A program made the translations under genes and the position numbers. The notes below the pieces were generated by a model, which saw nothing but the letters and a program-made list of their open reading frames with translations, made no database searches and was not told the origin of the DNA. This document shows, piece after piece, positions 1 to 14,074 of a stretch of 64,000 nucleotides of DNA. The stretch comes from Octopus vulgaris. Lineage: Eukaryota. The DNA is taken from assembly GCA_951406725.2 (NCBI GenBank), contig OX597818.1, forward strand, positions 80,042,001 through 80,106,000, in the 5' to 3' direction. Within the stretch, counting starts at the first letter, position 1. Each line of letters opens with the position of its first letter.

Positions 1-247
1 AGAGACCTTGTACAAAGCGAGTTCTATCAACAACCTTGAATACATGAAACGCTCATCGCTCTAACATCCACTTGTTCTAACAATACGATTGTATCTTTGT
101 ACTCGCAATAGGCCTTTATAATGCAATTGTAACAAATACTTCCATTACTATTATACAAAATCCCATCTTTACAATTACGCACCCAACTGAACTCTAACAT
201 ATTTTTGCATGCAGTAGGTCCTAACACTGACATTGTGTCTGGATATA

Positions 248-813
248 TTGGGTTGTCCGGAAAGTTCGTGCCGATTTTTAAAGGAAAGAAAAAGGTCAAT
301 AAATACTTATCATTACATTTTTAATCAACCAAATATGAACCATTTTGTTGCACAATGCGTCTCCATCTTTCCTTTAACTTGAAAATAATCTCTTCCCAGA
401 ATTGAGGAGGTTTCATGGCAAATAATTCATAAAGGCATCTTTTTATGTCATCCAAGGAATTGAAATTTTTACCATTAAGACTATTCTGCAGAGACCTGAA
501 TAAGTGAAAATCCGAAGGAGCAATATCTGAGGAATATGGAGAGTGAGGTAACACGTCCCAGTCGAGCTGCAGCAATTTTTGTCTGGTTCCCAAAACATCA
601 AGTGCCGAAAATGAACTTTCTTATCTTCCATTTTAAAGGGTTACAGAATTAACACAGGTTATTGGAACATAAACTTTCTTCCACGAAAAGATAGCTTAAA
701 CTGGGCTCTAAATGGAGGTGTAGTCAAATCTTATTTTATGGACTCAACCATATTCTAAAATAAGTCGAAAGGTAAGCTACTATAAATCGGCACGAACTTT
801 CCGGACAACCCAA
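248..813 (-). mobile_element. Internally deleted non-autonomous mariner element, copy 1
   Basis: ~30-bp TIRs TTGGGTTGTCCGGAAAGTTCGTGCCGATTT / AAATCGGCACGAACTTTCCGGACAACCCAA flanked by TA. Transposase N-terminus (MEDKKVHFRHLM) is joined to the C-terminus (LPHSPYSSDIAPSDFHLFRSLQ, the mariner YSPDLAPSD motif). Confidence 0.92.
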
Positions 814-990
814 TATTTCACCTGTTCACGTCAAAGTATCTCACCGATGTTCCTCTGGTTTAAAAATCAAAATTCAAAATATGCACAGATTTCCACTTGA
901 ATTAATAATCCTAATCAATATCCACTGATAACCAATCAGCAATTGATCTTTTCACCAATCAATTAATCGGTCTTCTTTTTTTTATTACAG

Positions 991-1093
991 AATCTTGTAA
1001 TATTAATTGTACCCGAAAGAAAACGGAGAGACGTCTGAAGAAGACCATTAAAAGACTTCGGCGTTCGATTAATAAAGAAAAGTTCTCAGTCAT
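991..1093 (+). CDS. SCUBE: SCUBE internal exon (spacer, basic amphipathic helix)
   Basis: ttacag|...|gtaagt; encodes SCNINCTRKKTERRLKKTIKRLRRSINKEKFSV, similar to the vertebrate SCUBE spacer; phase 1 to 2. Confidence 0.9.
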
Positions 1094-1214
1094 GTAAGTG
1101 TTTTCAGTTCTTTGATGGAATGGCTTCATTGAAAATAGATTTTATCAGTTATATGTTATGCTAAGTCAGGCCCATCGCCAGACTTTGGTGACTGGAGGTG
1201 CTTTAAAATATTCC

Positions 1215-1610
1215 AAACGGGCACTAATTTATATTGCAAGAAGATTTCTTTGTATGCAATATTTTCTAAACCTGAGGGTGTACCATTAGATAGTGAGGGG
1301 CAATGCCGGCCAGTGTACCCCTTAGCGACGGGCATGCACCGAGTATTGGTATCAGTTCTTGTGTGCCTTCTCGCATTGGGCAGCAAATTGATGCCACTTG
1401 TTTCTGTTAGCTGCGATTTTTTTTCTGCATTCGTCCATGCGATATTAACCGCTCTCTCTCTCTCTCTCTCTCGTCTGTTACGAATATTGTGCCATGTAGT
1501 TGTCGGTCTTCCACTTTTTCTTTTTCCCTCTAGTGGTGTCCAGCTAAAAACTGTTGTAAAATGGCATTATTCTGGGAGCCGGATTATGTGTCGTCTTCAC
1601 TAAGTGGTCT
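1215..1610 (-). mobile_element. Degraded RTE-like LINE 3' fragment
   Basis: Minus strand reads EGKRKSGRPTTTWHNI, the G(R/K)RxxGRPxxxW motif typical of RTE ORF C-termini; otherwise heavily decayed. Confidence 0.4.
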
Positions 1611-1824
1611 TATGTTAGCTCTCTTTAGAATGCCATCGTACCAGACCAGTCTTAAACTCGGAAAAAGTAAGAAGATTGGTCGTTGGACCAGCAGTCCAAC
1701 CCAGTAAAACAAAAACAGCTACAAAAACAGCAAAAGAAGACCAGGGAGGAAGATGGCAAATGACATGACCCAACAATGCCTGACTATAATGAAATCCATT
1801 CTAATTAATCTTTTCTGCTAAAAG

Positions 1825-2016
1825 CACAAAGCCTGAAATTTGGGGGAAGAGGATTAGTCTATTACCTCGGACTCCGTGTTTCACTCGTACTTAACTTATC
1901 AACTCCGAAAGGATGAAAGTCAAAGTCGACTCCGGCGGAACTCACAACGTAAAGACGGACGAAATGCCGCTAAACATTTTTCCCGGAATACTAACGATTC
2001 TGCCAGCTCGCCGCCT
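1825..2016 (-). mobile_element. tRNA-derived SINE, family A (Meta-domain-like)
   Basis: Reverse complement of the GGCGGCGAGCTGGCAGAA...CTTTCATCCTTTCGG consensus seen many times in the window. Confidence 0.75.
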
Positions 2017-2105
2017 CGAAATCCATTCTAATTAACAGAAATTGTTAATTTTTGCCTTTGTAATCAGTTTGCTTCAATTAATGTGCATGAGTGTGTATGT
2101 GTGTG

Positions 2106-2855
<750 letters not shown>

Positions 2856-4385
2856 AGACGAGCTTCCACACAGCTTCATCTACCAAATTCACTCGTGAGA
2901 CATTGATCGGTTCGAGACTATAAGTAGAGGACACATGCCTCAGGTGGCACATGCTCTATATAAATCAATTACTTCTTCATTCCAAACTATGGATGTAACC
3001 ATTATTATCGGTTTCTGGATGGCGGATAAAATGTTTAGCAGCATTTCTTACAGCTTTACATTCCGAGCCTTTCATCCTTTTGGAGTCAGTAAAAATAAGT
3101 ACCAGTTGAACACTGAGGTCGATATAATTGACTTGCCTCTCTCCTCAAAATTTCAGGCATGTCCATAAAGAATTATTGTAGGTTTCTGAATCATTCATTC
3201 ATAATATTGGCTTTTAGTAGAGACAAGATAATTAATGAGGAAACATCGATTATATCTTCTACAGTTCTTTCTTTATCGACCTGGAAAGGATGAAAAGCAA
3301 ATTTGACTGTACGGAATTTGAACAACATTGAATACAAAAATAATATAATGCAGGAATCTACCGATTCTGCAAATTCACCAATACTAGCAATTTTAATCAA
3401 TATGACATTTATTAATAAAATGTCCTTTTGATAAGAACACCAAACTAAATGCTTTACTCTTCCTTGTCCTCCTACATCCTGTGTTCTCGTGCCTCCCAGA
3501 TTAATTACCTTTTCTCTTTGTCCTTCTGAAAGTCGTTAAATTTAAGTATTAGCCTTACATTGGGGTTTATTGAGTCGATTATACTACACAAGTGCATATT
3601 TGTGATCCATCGACAATCTAAAACAGACTCGATGCTTTTTCCCCGATTTTCACAAACTGTCAGTCAATTAGTTATTTGTAAATGAATTTTCGATTAAATT
3701 TTATGTCAATTTAAGATATTTTGTGCAACTAACATTTCTCAACCTGAATTAATATTCTTTGTAAATATTCCAGGATGGTTCTCAACTACTATTGTCTAAT
3801 CCTAAATACTGGTCATCCGGATAGATGGTTATTTAAAACATCAGCTGTAATGGCTAAAAGCTTTCATTGCGTATAAAGTTTACCAACTCATAAAATTCCT
3901 ATAAAACCATTGCATTCAAAACTGTTTGTGTTTGATAAAGTAATATTCTCCGTAGATATACTGTACAGAGTGAACGAAAAAGAAAACTAATATTTTTTTT
4001 AAATAATATCAAATACAATAAATAAAAGCTCTTGACATATGAATCTGCTTTTATGTAACATTTGAAATAGTGTTACAATTACTAACTATATATAAATTGC
4101 AGGTTTCTATCAAGAAGCATTTCAAAGAAAATAGTAGTAATCATTGGATAATATCTATATTTTCTTTCAAGGCGCCGAGCTGGTAGCAACGTTGGCGCGC
4201 CTGTATTTACGTTCCGAGTTCAAATTCCGCCAAGATCGACTTTGTCTTTCATCCTTTCGAGGTCGATAAATTAATTACCAGTTGTGTACTGGGTCGGTCT
4301 AATGGACTGGACCCCCACCCCCAAAATTTCAGGCCTTGTTCCTAGAGTAGAAAAGAATATCTATATTTTCTTTCTTTCATGGCAG

Positions 4386-4486
4386 ATTTGAAAATATCCA
4401 GTATGGCGTACGAAAGCGTTCCTTTAAAGCTGCCAGAACATTGATGACATGCCGAAAAGGAAATATTCTTGTTAACCAAGAATGCA
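4386..4486 (+). CDS. SCUBE: SCUBE internal exon
   Basis: ggcag|...|gtgagt; FENIQYGVRKRSFKAARTLMTCRKGNILVNQEC; phase 2 to 1 fits both neighbouring exons. Confidence 0.85.
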
Positions 4487-4954
4487 GTGAGTACATATGT
4501 TTTGGGCATTTTTCTTTCTCTTTCTTTTCTTTTCCACTTATTATGACAGCATGCGCGCGCGTGTGTATGTGACTATGTAGAACTAGTTTGAGTTACAGAA
4601 AATTCGATCAGCACGACCTGATAGAAAGCTATCCTTCAAAGAGACGTGAAGCTATCCTTCTAACAGACGGATCCATTTTGAAGAAATTTTAATACTTGAG
4701 ATAATCTCCTTTTCTCATTTAAAGTTGTTCCCAATTGTCACTAAACGATGGTAGCGAAGATACCTTCAATAACATAGGAATCTGTATTTTATGATATTTA
4801 ATATACAGTAATCCCTCGCCATATCGTAGTTAACCTATCGTGCACTCAGTACATCGCGGATTTTTCTGGCTAATATATGTAAATTTATATCGCGGACTCC
4901 TCAGTATATCGCGGGTTTCTGCGGTCGAAAGGTATTTATTCTTTTATTCTTTTT

Positions 4955-5178
4955 TTGTTATAGTCATTTGACTGTGGCCATGCTGGAGCACCGCCTTTAG
5001 TCAAACAAATCGACCCCAGGACTTATTCTTTGTATCTATCGAAATCTTTTACCGAACCGCTAGTTTACGAGGACGTAAACACACCAGCATCGGTTGTCAA
5101 GCGATGGTGGGGGGGGACAAACACACACAAAAACATACACACACATACACACACACGCACGCACACATACACACACAT

Positions 5179-5232
<54 letters not shown>

Positions 5233-5372
5233 GACGGGCTTCTTTCAGTTTCCATCTACCAAATCCACTCACAAGGCTTTGGTTGGCCCGAGGCTATAGT
5301 AGAAGACACTTACCCATGGTGCTCTGCAGTGGGACTGAAACCGGAACCGTGCGGCTGGTAAGCAAGCTACCT
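4955..5372 (-). mobile_element. SINE family B with internal microsatellite
   Basis: Reverse complement of the full copy at 56372-56775. Confidence 0.85.
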
Positions 5373-5439
5373 TATTTCATAAAATTTGTCATGAAGGCAT
5401 TACAAAGAGGGGAAGGACAAAGACAGACAAACATAAAAA

Positions 5440-8075
5440 GGTGAAGTAGCTGTTAATCGATTAAAAATTGATGATAAATTAATACAATTAAAAATTAAAA
5501 ATTACAAATTAAAATTTTACAGACGTGATCCTCATTGCGACTTGCAATGGATTCCCTGAAGGAATGGCATACGACCATCAGGGTAGAACCCTTACTTTCT
5601 TTCGGACTCCACTTACCTGGTGTCAATCACTCCTAGCTTTCTTGCCACATGCTTCCATCTTTCCTCAAATCTTTTTCGTGACAGGTACCTCTTCTCCAGT
5701 TACTGCTGAGGTGGTAACTAAAAAAATTAACCAACCCCTGACCAGCTACAAAGGTACCCGTCACTATTCCTCTCTCATGCGTCTTCCATACTTTTCTTTC
5801 AGTATGGCTATTACACAGAAAAAGCAAGCCTTCCTCTCCCTGTTAAGGGAAGGAGGCGGCACAATCTCGATGATAGACTCAGCCGATAGCTGTACTCTTC
5901 CCATCGATGACAACAGTTGTTTTGTGAAAACTATCAGTCCCGTTAATTCCGGACATTCCACAGATGCGTGCGAGACGGTTTCCCTGTCCTGCCTGTACCT
6001 CGGACATGTCGGCGAGACGGCACTTCCGTGTCTTGATAGTTTATCACGAACAGGTAACGCCGCACGGATGCACTGTCAAGCTAGGGATTTCTGGTAATTG
6101 TCCAAATACCCCGGTCCGAAAGCTCTCTTGAACAGGTTGATCATCTGATTTTCATCGTAGCTCAGGGTCTCCCCCACGGCGTCTTCGGACATAACTTCCA
6201 CTAACCCGCTATAAAAATCCGCGTTGGAACTCTTGTTGCCGGCATTGCCCGCCCAAGTTAGTAGCTGAAGTGCCTGACGGCACTCCAATTGCCAGTCCCC
6301 AGCCTAAGTCTCTGCTTGAACCATGTATCAATGTCCGTTAAGGACGTTAACTGCGGAAAGTAGAGCCAGACGTGCGGTGACCACAGCTGCTCTCCATCCA
6401 GGTAAAGCCAGAGGTGCCTCAACCTTAACGCGAGCTTTAGCGGCTTCTGGCAGCAGACAGAGCGCTTCACAGGTAGCTTTCCTCCCTTCCATAAAAAGTG
6501 GAAAAGGAGTCTCTCCAAGTTGTTCAGCCACAAATCGGGGCAAGGCACCACGGTCAGACGGTAGGTGATAACCGATTCTATAAACATCTGCACCACCTCC
6601 ACCTTTCCTAGCAAGGATAACGCTCGCTCAGACCAGGTCTAAGTTAGAGCAGTCACTTTTCTGGTCATCTCACTCCAATTTTTCTCTATCTTGAGGTCTG
6701 GGCCAAACCAGACTCCAAGCAGCTTAACAGGACATTCCATCCAACGCCCCACGACGTTATTGGACGCCATCGACTTGCCCATCCAGGTGCTAAGTTGCAA
6801 ACCAACCGACTTGTCCTTGTTAACCTTTGCTCTTGCCACCGCCTCGTAACTTTTGATAGCCTCTTCCACCACTGGAAGCTGGCCTTCATCCGCCACGATG
6901 ATGGAGATGTTATCTGCATACGCCGTAGCTCCTTTTCCACACCACAGATCATTCGGCGTGTCCCCTAGTGCCTCCAACTACCGCAGCAATCGCTCAGGAG
7001 CCAACACATACAAAAGCGGAGATAGGGGACACCCCTGACGCGGTGAACGCTCGATCCTGAATGGTTTCGAAAAGAAGCCATTCACTTTAACGACAGGTTC
7101 GATGTCGCTGTACAAAGCAGCAATCCAAACGCCGAAGGTCGGGCCCTGGCCAGCCTTCTCGAAGACCCTATCAAATGTTTTAGACTGGTCTAAATGTACT
7201 AGTACCACCCACCCCTGCGCCAGTAAACTTCCCCACCTTCTCTAAGGAGTAGCGTATAAGGTGGAGATTGTTGTGGATCGTCCTGCCCACTGTTCACAAT
7301 CCACACGAATGTGGCCCTTTTTGCCTCATTCGTAGCACGTGGGCTTTTTGCCCTCTACTTGTATTTTGAGAACAATGTCCTCGCCCAAGAGCACTCTATC
7401 TGGAAGCATTTGGATATCTTCCTGAGCCCCCTGAATAATGGCAGAAATGCTCTGACCGAGCCAATTTTGGGGAGTAGAGCATGTAATCAGGAGGGAGTTG
7501 ATTTTATCCGTCCTGTTATACAACAGGGCGGCCATCAACTCCCTTGCATCAATTGAAGGTGGTACCTCTGCCACCTTTATGCGGGAAGTTCGTCTCCCCA
7601 TACACGTTGGCAGAAGCACCACCCCCTTCATTTTCAGGGGGCTCTCTGAGTACTCTGGGGCTTTTCCTCGGTTCCAAATCTGACCTCTATTGTGCCATAT
7701 GTCCGGCCCCTCGCTATGTACTTTACGTCTTTCCATATGGGGGCCAGACATTTTTCAATTTTACACTGTTCGAAGTGTTTAAATTTTCTTGTTAATGGAC
7801 AGTACGTTTTGAAAACGACTGTCCTCCTTTTCAATTCTTCGACGCTGGAGGACGGTGATGTCTTTATATCTCCACCCTCCTCCTTCATTCTTTCAAAAAG
7901 CTCCGAGAGTTTTTCCGTTGGTACCACAACGTTTTCAGTTGCCACCCGGGCAACTGCCGAAAATTTCTTTACTGTCTCATCCAGTGGACTTTTTTCGCGT
8001 ATTATTTCGACTGACATACTCGGCCGAAATTAATTCTACACACAAAAATAAATAAATTCGAAATCCCCAAAAAGG
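5440..8075 (-). mobile_element. L1/Tx1-clade LINE, internally deleted and frameshifted
   Basis: ORF1 from ATG at 8017 ends in a broken CCHC knuckle (CYE*GKKGHIRVDC). It is fused to RT motifs DQSKTFDRV, RQGCPLSPLLY, YADN and KLLGVWFG, followed by a C-terminal zinc-finger remnant (CPRYRQDRETVSHASVEC). The endonuclease is absent. Confidence 0.85.
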
Positions 8076-8307
8076 GAAATCTATAATACACTGTTTTTTC
8101 CCCTCTTTATTATTTACTTGTTTCGGTCATGTTGAGGCAGTGCTTTGAAGAGTTTCAGTTGAACAAATTGACCCCAGGACTTTTTTCTTTTTTAAGTCTA
8201 GTGATTATTCTGGCGGTCACTTTTGCCGAATTGCTAACTTAGGGAGCATAAACAAAGCAACACCAGTTGTCAAGCGATGGAGAAACAAATACAAGCACAA
8301 ACACAAA

Positions 8308-9172
8308 CTGGTCGCTCCTCGCGGTGATATAGAGGATCTTCGTCGATGCCTCCACCAAATTTGGAGATGGTCTAACGAATGAGACTTGTGTCTGAACGTG
8401 TCAAAGTGCTGTCATCTGCCTGTTGGCTCTCCTCCTGCAACTCAACTTGATTTCGAGCCGGGTAGTCTGCTGCTGGTGAGGACCGATCAGATAAAGGACC
8501 TGGGTATCTTGGTGGATTCCTCCTTTTCGCCTTCGGCCCAGTGCGTCCATGCTGCCAACAAAGCACGCGGAGTTCTGTTCTTGATTCGACGGTCATTCGG
8601 AATGCTCACATCAGCCATATTCCTACCGCTCTATGTCACGCTGGTGAGACCCATATTGGAGTACGGGATTCAAGCCTCTTCTCCTTAAAGACATACAGCA
8701 TCTCGAAAGAGTCCAGAAGCTGGCTACCCGCATGGTTCTTGGTCTCAAGAATTTGTCTTATGAAGAAAGGCTGAAGACGCTCGACCTTTATTCTCTAGAA
8801 AAACGACGACGCCGTGGTGATCTCATTCTTGCTCACAACATCATAAGCGGAAAGTGTAACCTCTCGAAAGAGCTGTTCTTCACTCCTGCTCCAGAGCGTC
8901 GGCTGCGGGGTCATTCCGAAAAGCTCTATCTGCGACGATTTCATCTCAATCGAAGGAGAAGGGCTTTCTCCGTCCGAGTTGCGGATCCGTGGAATAAGCT
9001 GCCGGACAAGATGGTGAAGATGGGGAAGATGCCGACGACCGCTCGGTTCAAAGTCTCCCTTGACCACAAGTGACCTGAACTCTTTACATGAACACCATCC
9101 TGTACATAACTCCATGTCCCCCTACATGGCCTTGCTTTTTGCTTTTTGAGCCAAAAAATTAACTTAACTTAA
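8308..9172 (+). mobile_element. CR1/L2-group LINE, 5'-truncated
   Basis: LYVTLVRPILEYG...LERVQKLATRMVLGLKNLSYEERLKTLDLYSLEKRRRRGDLI; ends in an (AACTT)n tail; inserted in the CA tract of a SINE. Confidence 0.85.
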
Positions 9173-9216
9173 ACACACACACACTCACACACACACACAC
9201 ACACACACATATAAGC

Positions 9217-9630
9217 ACGGGTGTGGCTGTGTGGGAGAAAAAGCTTCCTTCCCATACATAAGGTACAGGGTTCAATCCGACTATGCGGCACTTTGGGCAA
9301 GCCTCTTCTACTATAGGCCCGGACCGACCAAAGCTTTGTGAGTGAATTTGGTCAGCGGACACTGAAAAGATTCCGTCGTGTGTGTGTGGGGGGGGGGCGT
9401 GTGTGCGTGCGTGCGTGCGTATATGTGTATCTGTATTTGTGCTATTCCCCACAATTGCTTAACCACAGGTGGTGGTTTGTTCATGTCCACATAACTTAGT
9501 GGTTCAGCAAAAGACACCGATAGAATAAGTACTAGACTATAAAATCTAAATACTGGGGTTGATTTCTTCGACTAAACGCTTCAAGGCAGTGCTCCATGAC
9601 AGCTCAATGACAGAAACAAATAAAAGATAA
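9217..9630 (+). mobile_element. SINE family B
   Basis: GTGTGGCTGTGTGG head with GGTTCAAT B-box, internal GT tract, GAAACAAATAAAAGA tail. Confidence 0.8.
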
Positions 9631-10060
9631 CACACCCACATACATATACAAATGTGTGTATATATGTGTGTGTGTATGTTTGTGTGTTTATGAATATGTA
9701 TGTACGTATATGTACATATATAATATGTACATATATATATTAGTACATATGTATATATATATGTATGTATATGTATATACATATAAACATTTATAAATAA
9801 ATGTATGTATATATATATATATGTATGTGTGTATATATATATATATGCACATACACACACACATACACACACACGCACGCACACACGCGCGCACACACAC
9901 ACACCGTACACACACACCGCGCACACACACACACCGCACACACACACACCGCACACACACCACACACGCACACACACACACCGCACACACACCACACACG
10001 CACAACCACCACACACACACCGCACACACGCGCACACACACACACACACACACGCGCGCG
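9630..10060. repeat. Compound (TA)/(TG)/(CA)/(CACACC) microsatellite
   Basis: Direct inspection. Confidence 0.9.
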
Positions 10061-11278
10061 AAAGGCTTCCACACTGTTTCCGTCTACTATATTCGGTCAC
10101 ACGGCATTGGTCGATCGTGAGCTATAGTAAAAGACACTTACCCAAGATGTCGCGCAGTCGAACTGAACCTGGAGCCAAGTTTGCAAAGCAAACTTCTAAA
10201 CCATACCGCCACGTCTCGATGATGTGGGTTCAGTTTTTCAGTCAACTAAATTATTTGCTCCCGAATTTACGTTTAAAGTGACTGAGTATTCACAGACTTG
10301 TGGACCGTTACCCTAAATCTCAGGTACAGAGTTTGACAAGGCTGTACCTTTTGTATTACATGTACAGCCCACTGATCAGGCTTCTGTACAGTTTCCACCA
10401 ACCTAATTTCTCACACAAGGTTTGGTTTGATCCGAGATTATAGAAAATAGCATTTACCCACGATGTCAGTTAGTGGAATCGAACCCAGCCCTTCTGTTTG
10501 CCACACCAACCATGTGGCAATACAGCGCTTGTTATTACAATAGAATAGCAAAAGCAAAAGTGAATCTTAAAGTGTGTTTTAAAATGTTTAATGGCCGCAA
10601 TGACTTAACCACAATGTTATTGTTTTAGTCTCAACACATGCTCTCAGATCAAAGCACTTAACAAACAAGTGCAACGCAAGAAAGTCAATGTTTTCTTTAT
10701 TAAAAAAATCGCATGCCATGCTTCAAAAATGCCGGATATGATGTAATACACGGCAGTAAGTACTTAACATTTATTTAAACTGATATCCAATAGATGTTTC
10801 TAGTAGGAGTAAATGACAAGCTAAAGAGGCTGGCTCCGAGTCGTATGCTGAAGATTTTTGTAAAACTATCTGAATAGATCTGATTACCATCTGATACGAG
10901 ACTATAATTCGGTACTTCGCCTGCTAAATGGAAAAAACATTAACCCTGTTGACGTCAGTAGCGGGAAAATGTTGTAATATGTTCGCCTTTCCCATGGTTA
11001 TTAGCAGTATTATAAGTAAAATAACTACAAGCGAGACCCACAGTCAGCTGGTTGGGAAGTTGTATACTTATTATTACCTAATTTGATAGCATTAGTTCTT
11101 TGATTTAGTTCTCCTTTGCTTATTACCATTACCATCGCCTTACTACAGAAATGTTTCAGTAAGTTTTCTTCTATGGTTTTTATATTGCACAAAATTTGAG
11201 TTCTAACAAAGCTTGATGAAAAAAAAATAAAAACAGCCGTCACTCGCAAGCGAGTACGACTTAATACCATAACCAAGA

Positions 11279-11428
11279 TTCCATTAATAGTATAAAAGTT
11301 TTATAACATGTACCAAACATTCATTAATTGTGTGAAAGCTTGATAACATGTACTGAGCATTCATTAATGGTATGATAGCTTTATAACATATACCAAACAT
11401 TCATTAATTGTGTGAAAGATTGATAAAA
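11279..11428. repeat. ~40-bp minisatellite, ~3.7 copies, alternating A/B variants
   Basis: Unit TTCATTAAT(T/G)GT(G/A)TGAAAGCTT(G/T)ATAACATGTACCAAACA. Confidence 0.8.
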
Positions 11429-11799
11429 TTCCCCGGCCTAGTATCGAACCCACGACTTTACGATCGTACGCCGCACCCCTTCAGCGCACTTTCACTAAGA
11501 TATTGTAACATTTGGGACTTTGGGTTCTGTAGTTCTTTAGTTGCTCCAGTATGGCCGTAGCCGCCGTGACTAAAACTAAATAACGCAGAGCCACGGTATA
11601 GTATCAGTATAATACAATGATTGATGTTGATCCAATAAATTTGTATTTGTATTTTAAGTTATCTTAGCCTAGGGCTCAACTTTTTCTTGTAATCAAATAG
11701 ACGAAACATTGCAAGACTATTATAATGAATATGTTGTTATCGTTGTTATTGTTGTTGTTGTTGTTGTTTTGGACGTTTGTTTATTTCTTATTCATTTAG

Positions 11800-11964
11800 T
11801 ATCCTGCAGCATTGGTACATACCATGACGTGGAGAAAGATATTTGTGTACCCTGCAGTCACGGGAAATATCAAGATATGGAAGGACAGACTGAATGTAAA
11901 AATTGCCCAAACCAAGCGGAGGGTAAGGGTGTTCTAGGTGCCAAAAACATCTCAGACTGTGCTG
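11800..11964 (+). CDS. SCUBE: SCUBE exon, Cys-rich GCC2/GCC3 repeat 1
   Basis: tttag|...|gtaagt; SCSIGTYHDVEKDICVPCSHGKYQDMEGQTECKNCP...GAKNISDCA; phase 1 to 1. Confidence 0.95.
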
Positions 11965-12058
11965 GTAAGTGATCTAAAAACTTTTGTGTTGCAATAAAAC
12001 ATTATTTTGTTTTTTGCTTCCACGGTTCTTGATATGAACTCGTATATTGAAGTATATT

Positions 12059-12230
12059 TTATTATACAGACAAGAAACTAATACTCCGAGCGCAGTATAA
12101 CCGTGAAAGCACTAGAAAGATCGGGTATTTTACTCTTATAAGACGGAAAATACCCAATAAAATACCCAATCTTTCTATTGTTTTTACGGCTGTACTGCGT
12201 TCGAAATATTACTTTCTTGTTTGTATAATA
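12059..12230. repeat. Fold-back inverted repeat, ~70-bp arms (MITE-like)
   Basis: TATTATACAGACAAGAAAC...GGGTATTTT pairs with AAAATACCC...TTGTATAATA. Confidence 0.8.
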
Positions 12231-12305
12231 CAATACATATTCGACGCTTCCAAATACAAAAGAAAAAAACTTGTTTAAACATGTTGTTGTATATTTTGTT
12301 ATATA

Positions 12306-13492
12306 TCTTTATATATATAAAACTGAGAATGTGTGTCTGTCTGTCTGTCTGTCTGTTTCCCTAAAACTTGAGAACTACACAACAAATTTCATTCAAATTT
12401 TACACATGCCTTACTTAGGGTCCGGGGAGTGTCATCGGCAAAATAATTTTTAACTTTTTGCCTAGGACGAGCCCACAGCAATATCATATCTTCTCCTCTA
12501 CGATTCCCTAAAACTTGAGAACTACACAACCAATTCCATTCAAATGTTACACATGCCTTACTTAGGGTCCATGTAGTTTCATGGGCAAAAAAAGAATGTT
12601 CAACTTCTTGCCTAGAGCGAGCCCATAGCAATATCATATCTTCTCCACTATTTCAGTATTACGTGTTAAAAGTGAAACAAAAACGTTTCTCTATTTTATG
12701 TCAGATACTTTCACTTTAACTATAAAAATAATAATAACAATTGAATTATATGTAGTAAGTAATAATTAAAATCAAACTAAAGTATAATATAATCGTAACA
12801 TAACAAAAAGTAAAAATAGCAATTGGTATAAAATTGCATCAATGATTTGAACTTGAATAAGTGGTTTCACATGAATGGGAATAAATTAAAAATAAAATTA
12901 ATGTGCAGAAATGGAATATTCCAGATGGATAATAAAAAATTAAATTAAAGAAAAGACTAATGTCTATAAAATATACAATGTAGAGAAAAAAGAAGATTTG
13001 AACACATGGAGGAAAGCACCTTCGAAAAGTGTCTTGGTGCGACCATGAAAGGTATCTAATCATAGGCGGTAAATTCGCCACAATAGAAGCAAGGTTCGAG
13101 TCAACGGAGCGTGCAGGGGAGTACTCGACTCGAACTTGCAAAGCGGAAATATTTTATTTTTACCTTTATATCTGGGACGTAGGACGTCCCGGAAAAAAAA
13201 TTTAAATGCCCCTTCAGAAGTAGAGGTGGGCTGGATTGTAGCCACACTTCTATACAAGAGGGAGGACAAGATACAATTGATCAAAATTACAAGAGACGGA
13301 CTAACAATTCCAGTCTGTTATATATTTTGAGTATTGTTATCACTAGCGATATCAAGATATAACTTTGTATTTTGTATTTTATGTGTAGATGTATATATAT
13401 ATATAGATGTACATGTAATATATACACATATATATACACATATATACATGCACTAGCACTATGACCCGGCAACGACGGGTCTTTAATGCTAG
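12306..13492 (+). mobile_element. Non-autonomous Helitron
   Basis: A|TC 5' end, subterminal (TGTC)n, ~147-bp internal tandem duplication (12358-12650), 3' hairpin GACCCGGCAACGACGGGTC then CTAG|T. Confidence 0.75.
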
Positions 13493-13504
13493 TATATATA
13501 TATA

Positions 13505-13565
<61 letters not shown>

Positions 13566-13906
13566 ATCTTTCTGCTATAAGGACAAGGACTGAACTTTCG
13601 AGATAGGAGACTAGTCAATTATATCGACCCCAGTGTTTCACTGGTACTTATTTTATCGACCCCGAAATGATGAATGGCAAACTCAACCTCAATGGAATTT
13701 GAAGTCAGAACGTAACGACGGGCGAAATACCGTTAAGCATTTTGCCCAGGGTACTAACGATTCTGCCAGCTCGCCGCCTTTATTATAGACACAAACCTAG
13801 TAATTTTATGAGAAGGGGGATTGTCAATTACATTGACCCCAGTGCTCAATAATGATGAAAAATAACTATGCTTTGTCTTAATTTTTTTTTCACTTTCTTT
13901 CTTTAG

Positions 13907-14074
13907 GCCTATGTAGTCGTGGTTATTTTGCTGATGATGGACTTGAGCCATGCCAACCTTGTCCAATTGGAACATATCAAACAGATATTGGGCGCACCAA
14001 ATGTATCCCATGTGGTCGTTCTATAAAAACAAGAGGTGTCGCTTCCACCAGTTTTCAAGACTGCATCGTCAAAA
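13907..14074 (+). CDS. SCUBE: SCUBE exon, Cys-rich repeat 2
   Basis: tttag|...|gtaaga; LCSRGYFADDGLEPCQPCPIGTYQTDIGRTKCIPCGRSIKTRGVASTSFQDCIVK; phase 1 to 1; not in the ORF track. Confidence 0.95.

Noticed and set aside
5525-6097. 190-aa ORF on +
   Set aside because: It is the antisense shadow of the Tx1/L1 ORF2.
11428-11490. tRNA-like GGTTCGA motif on -
   Set aside because: No complete cloverleaf; it is a SINE head fragment, like the other A/B-box hits.
13010-13330. Possible captured gene or helicase fragment inside the Helitron (GWIVATLL)
   Set aside because: Too degenerate to assign without a search.
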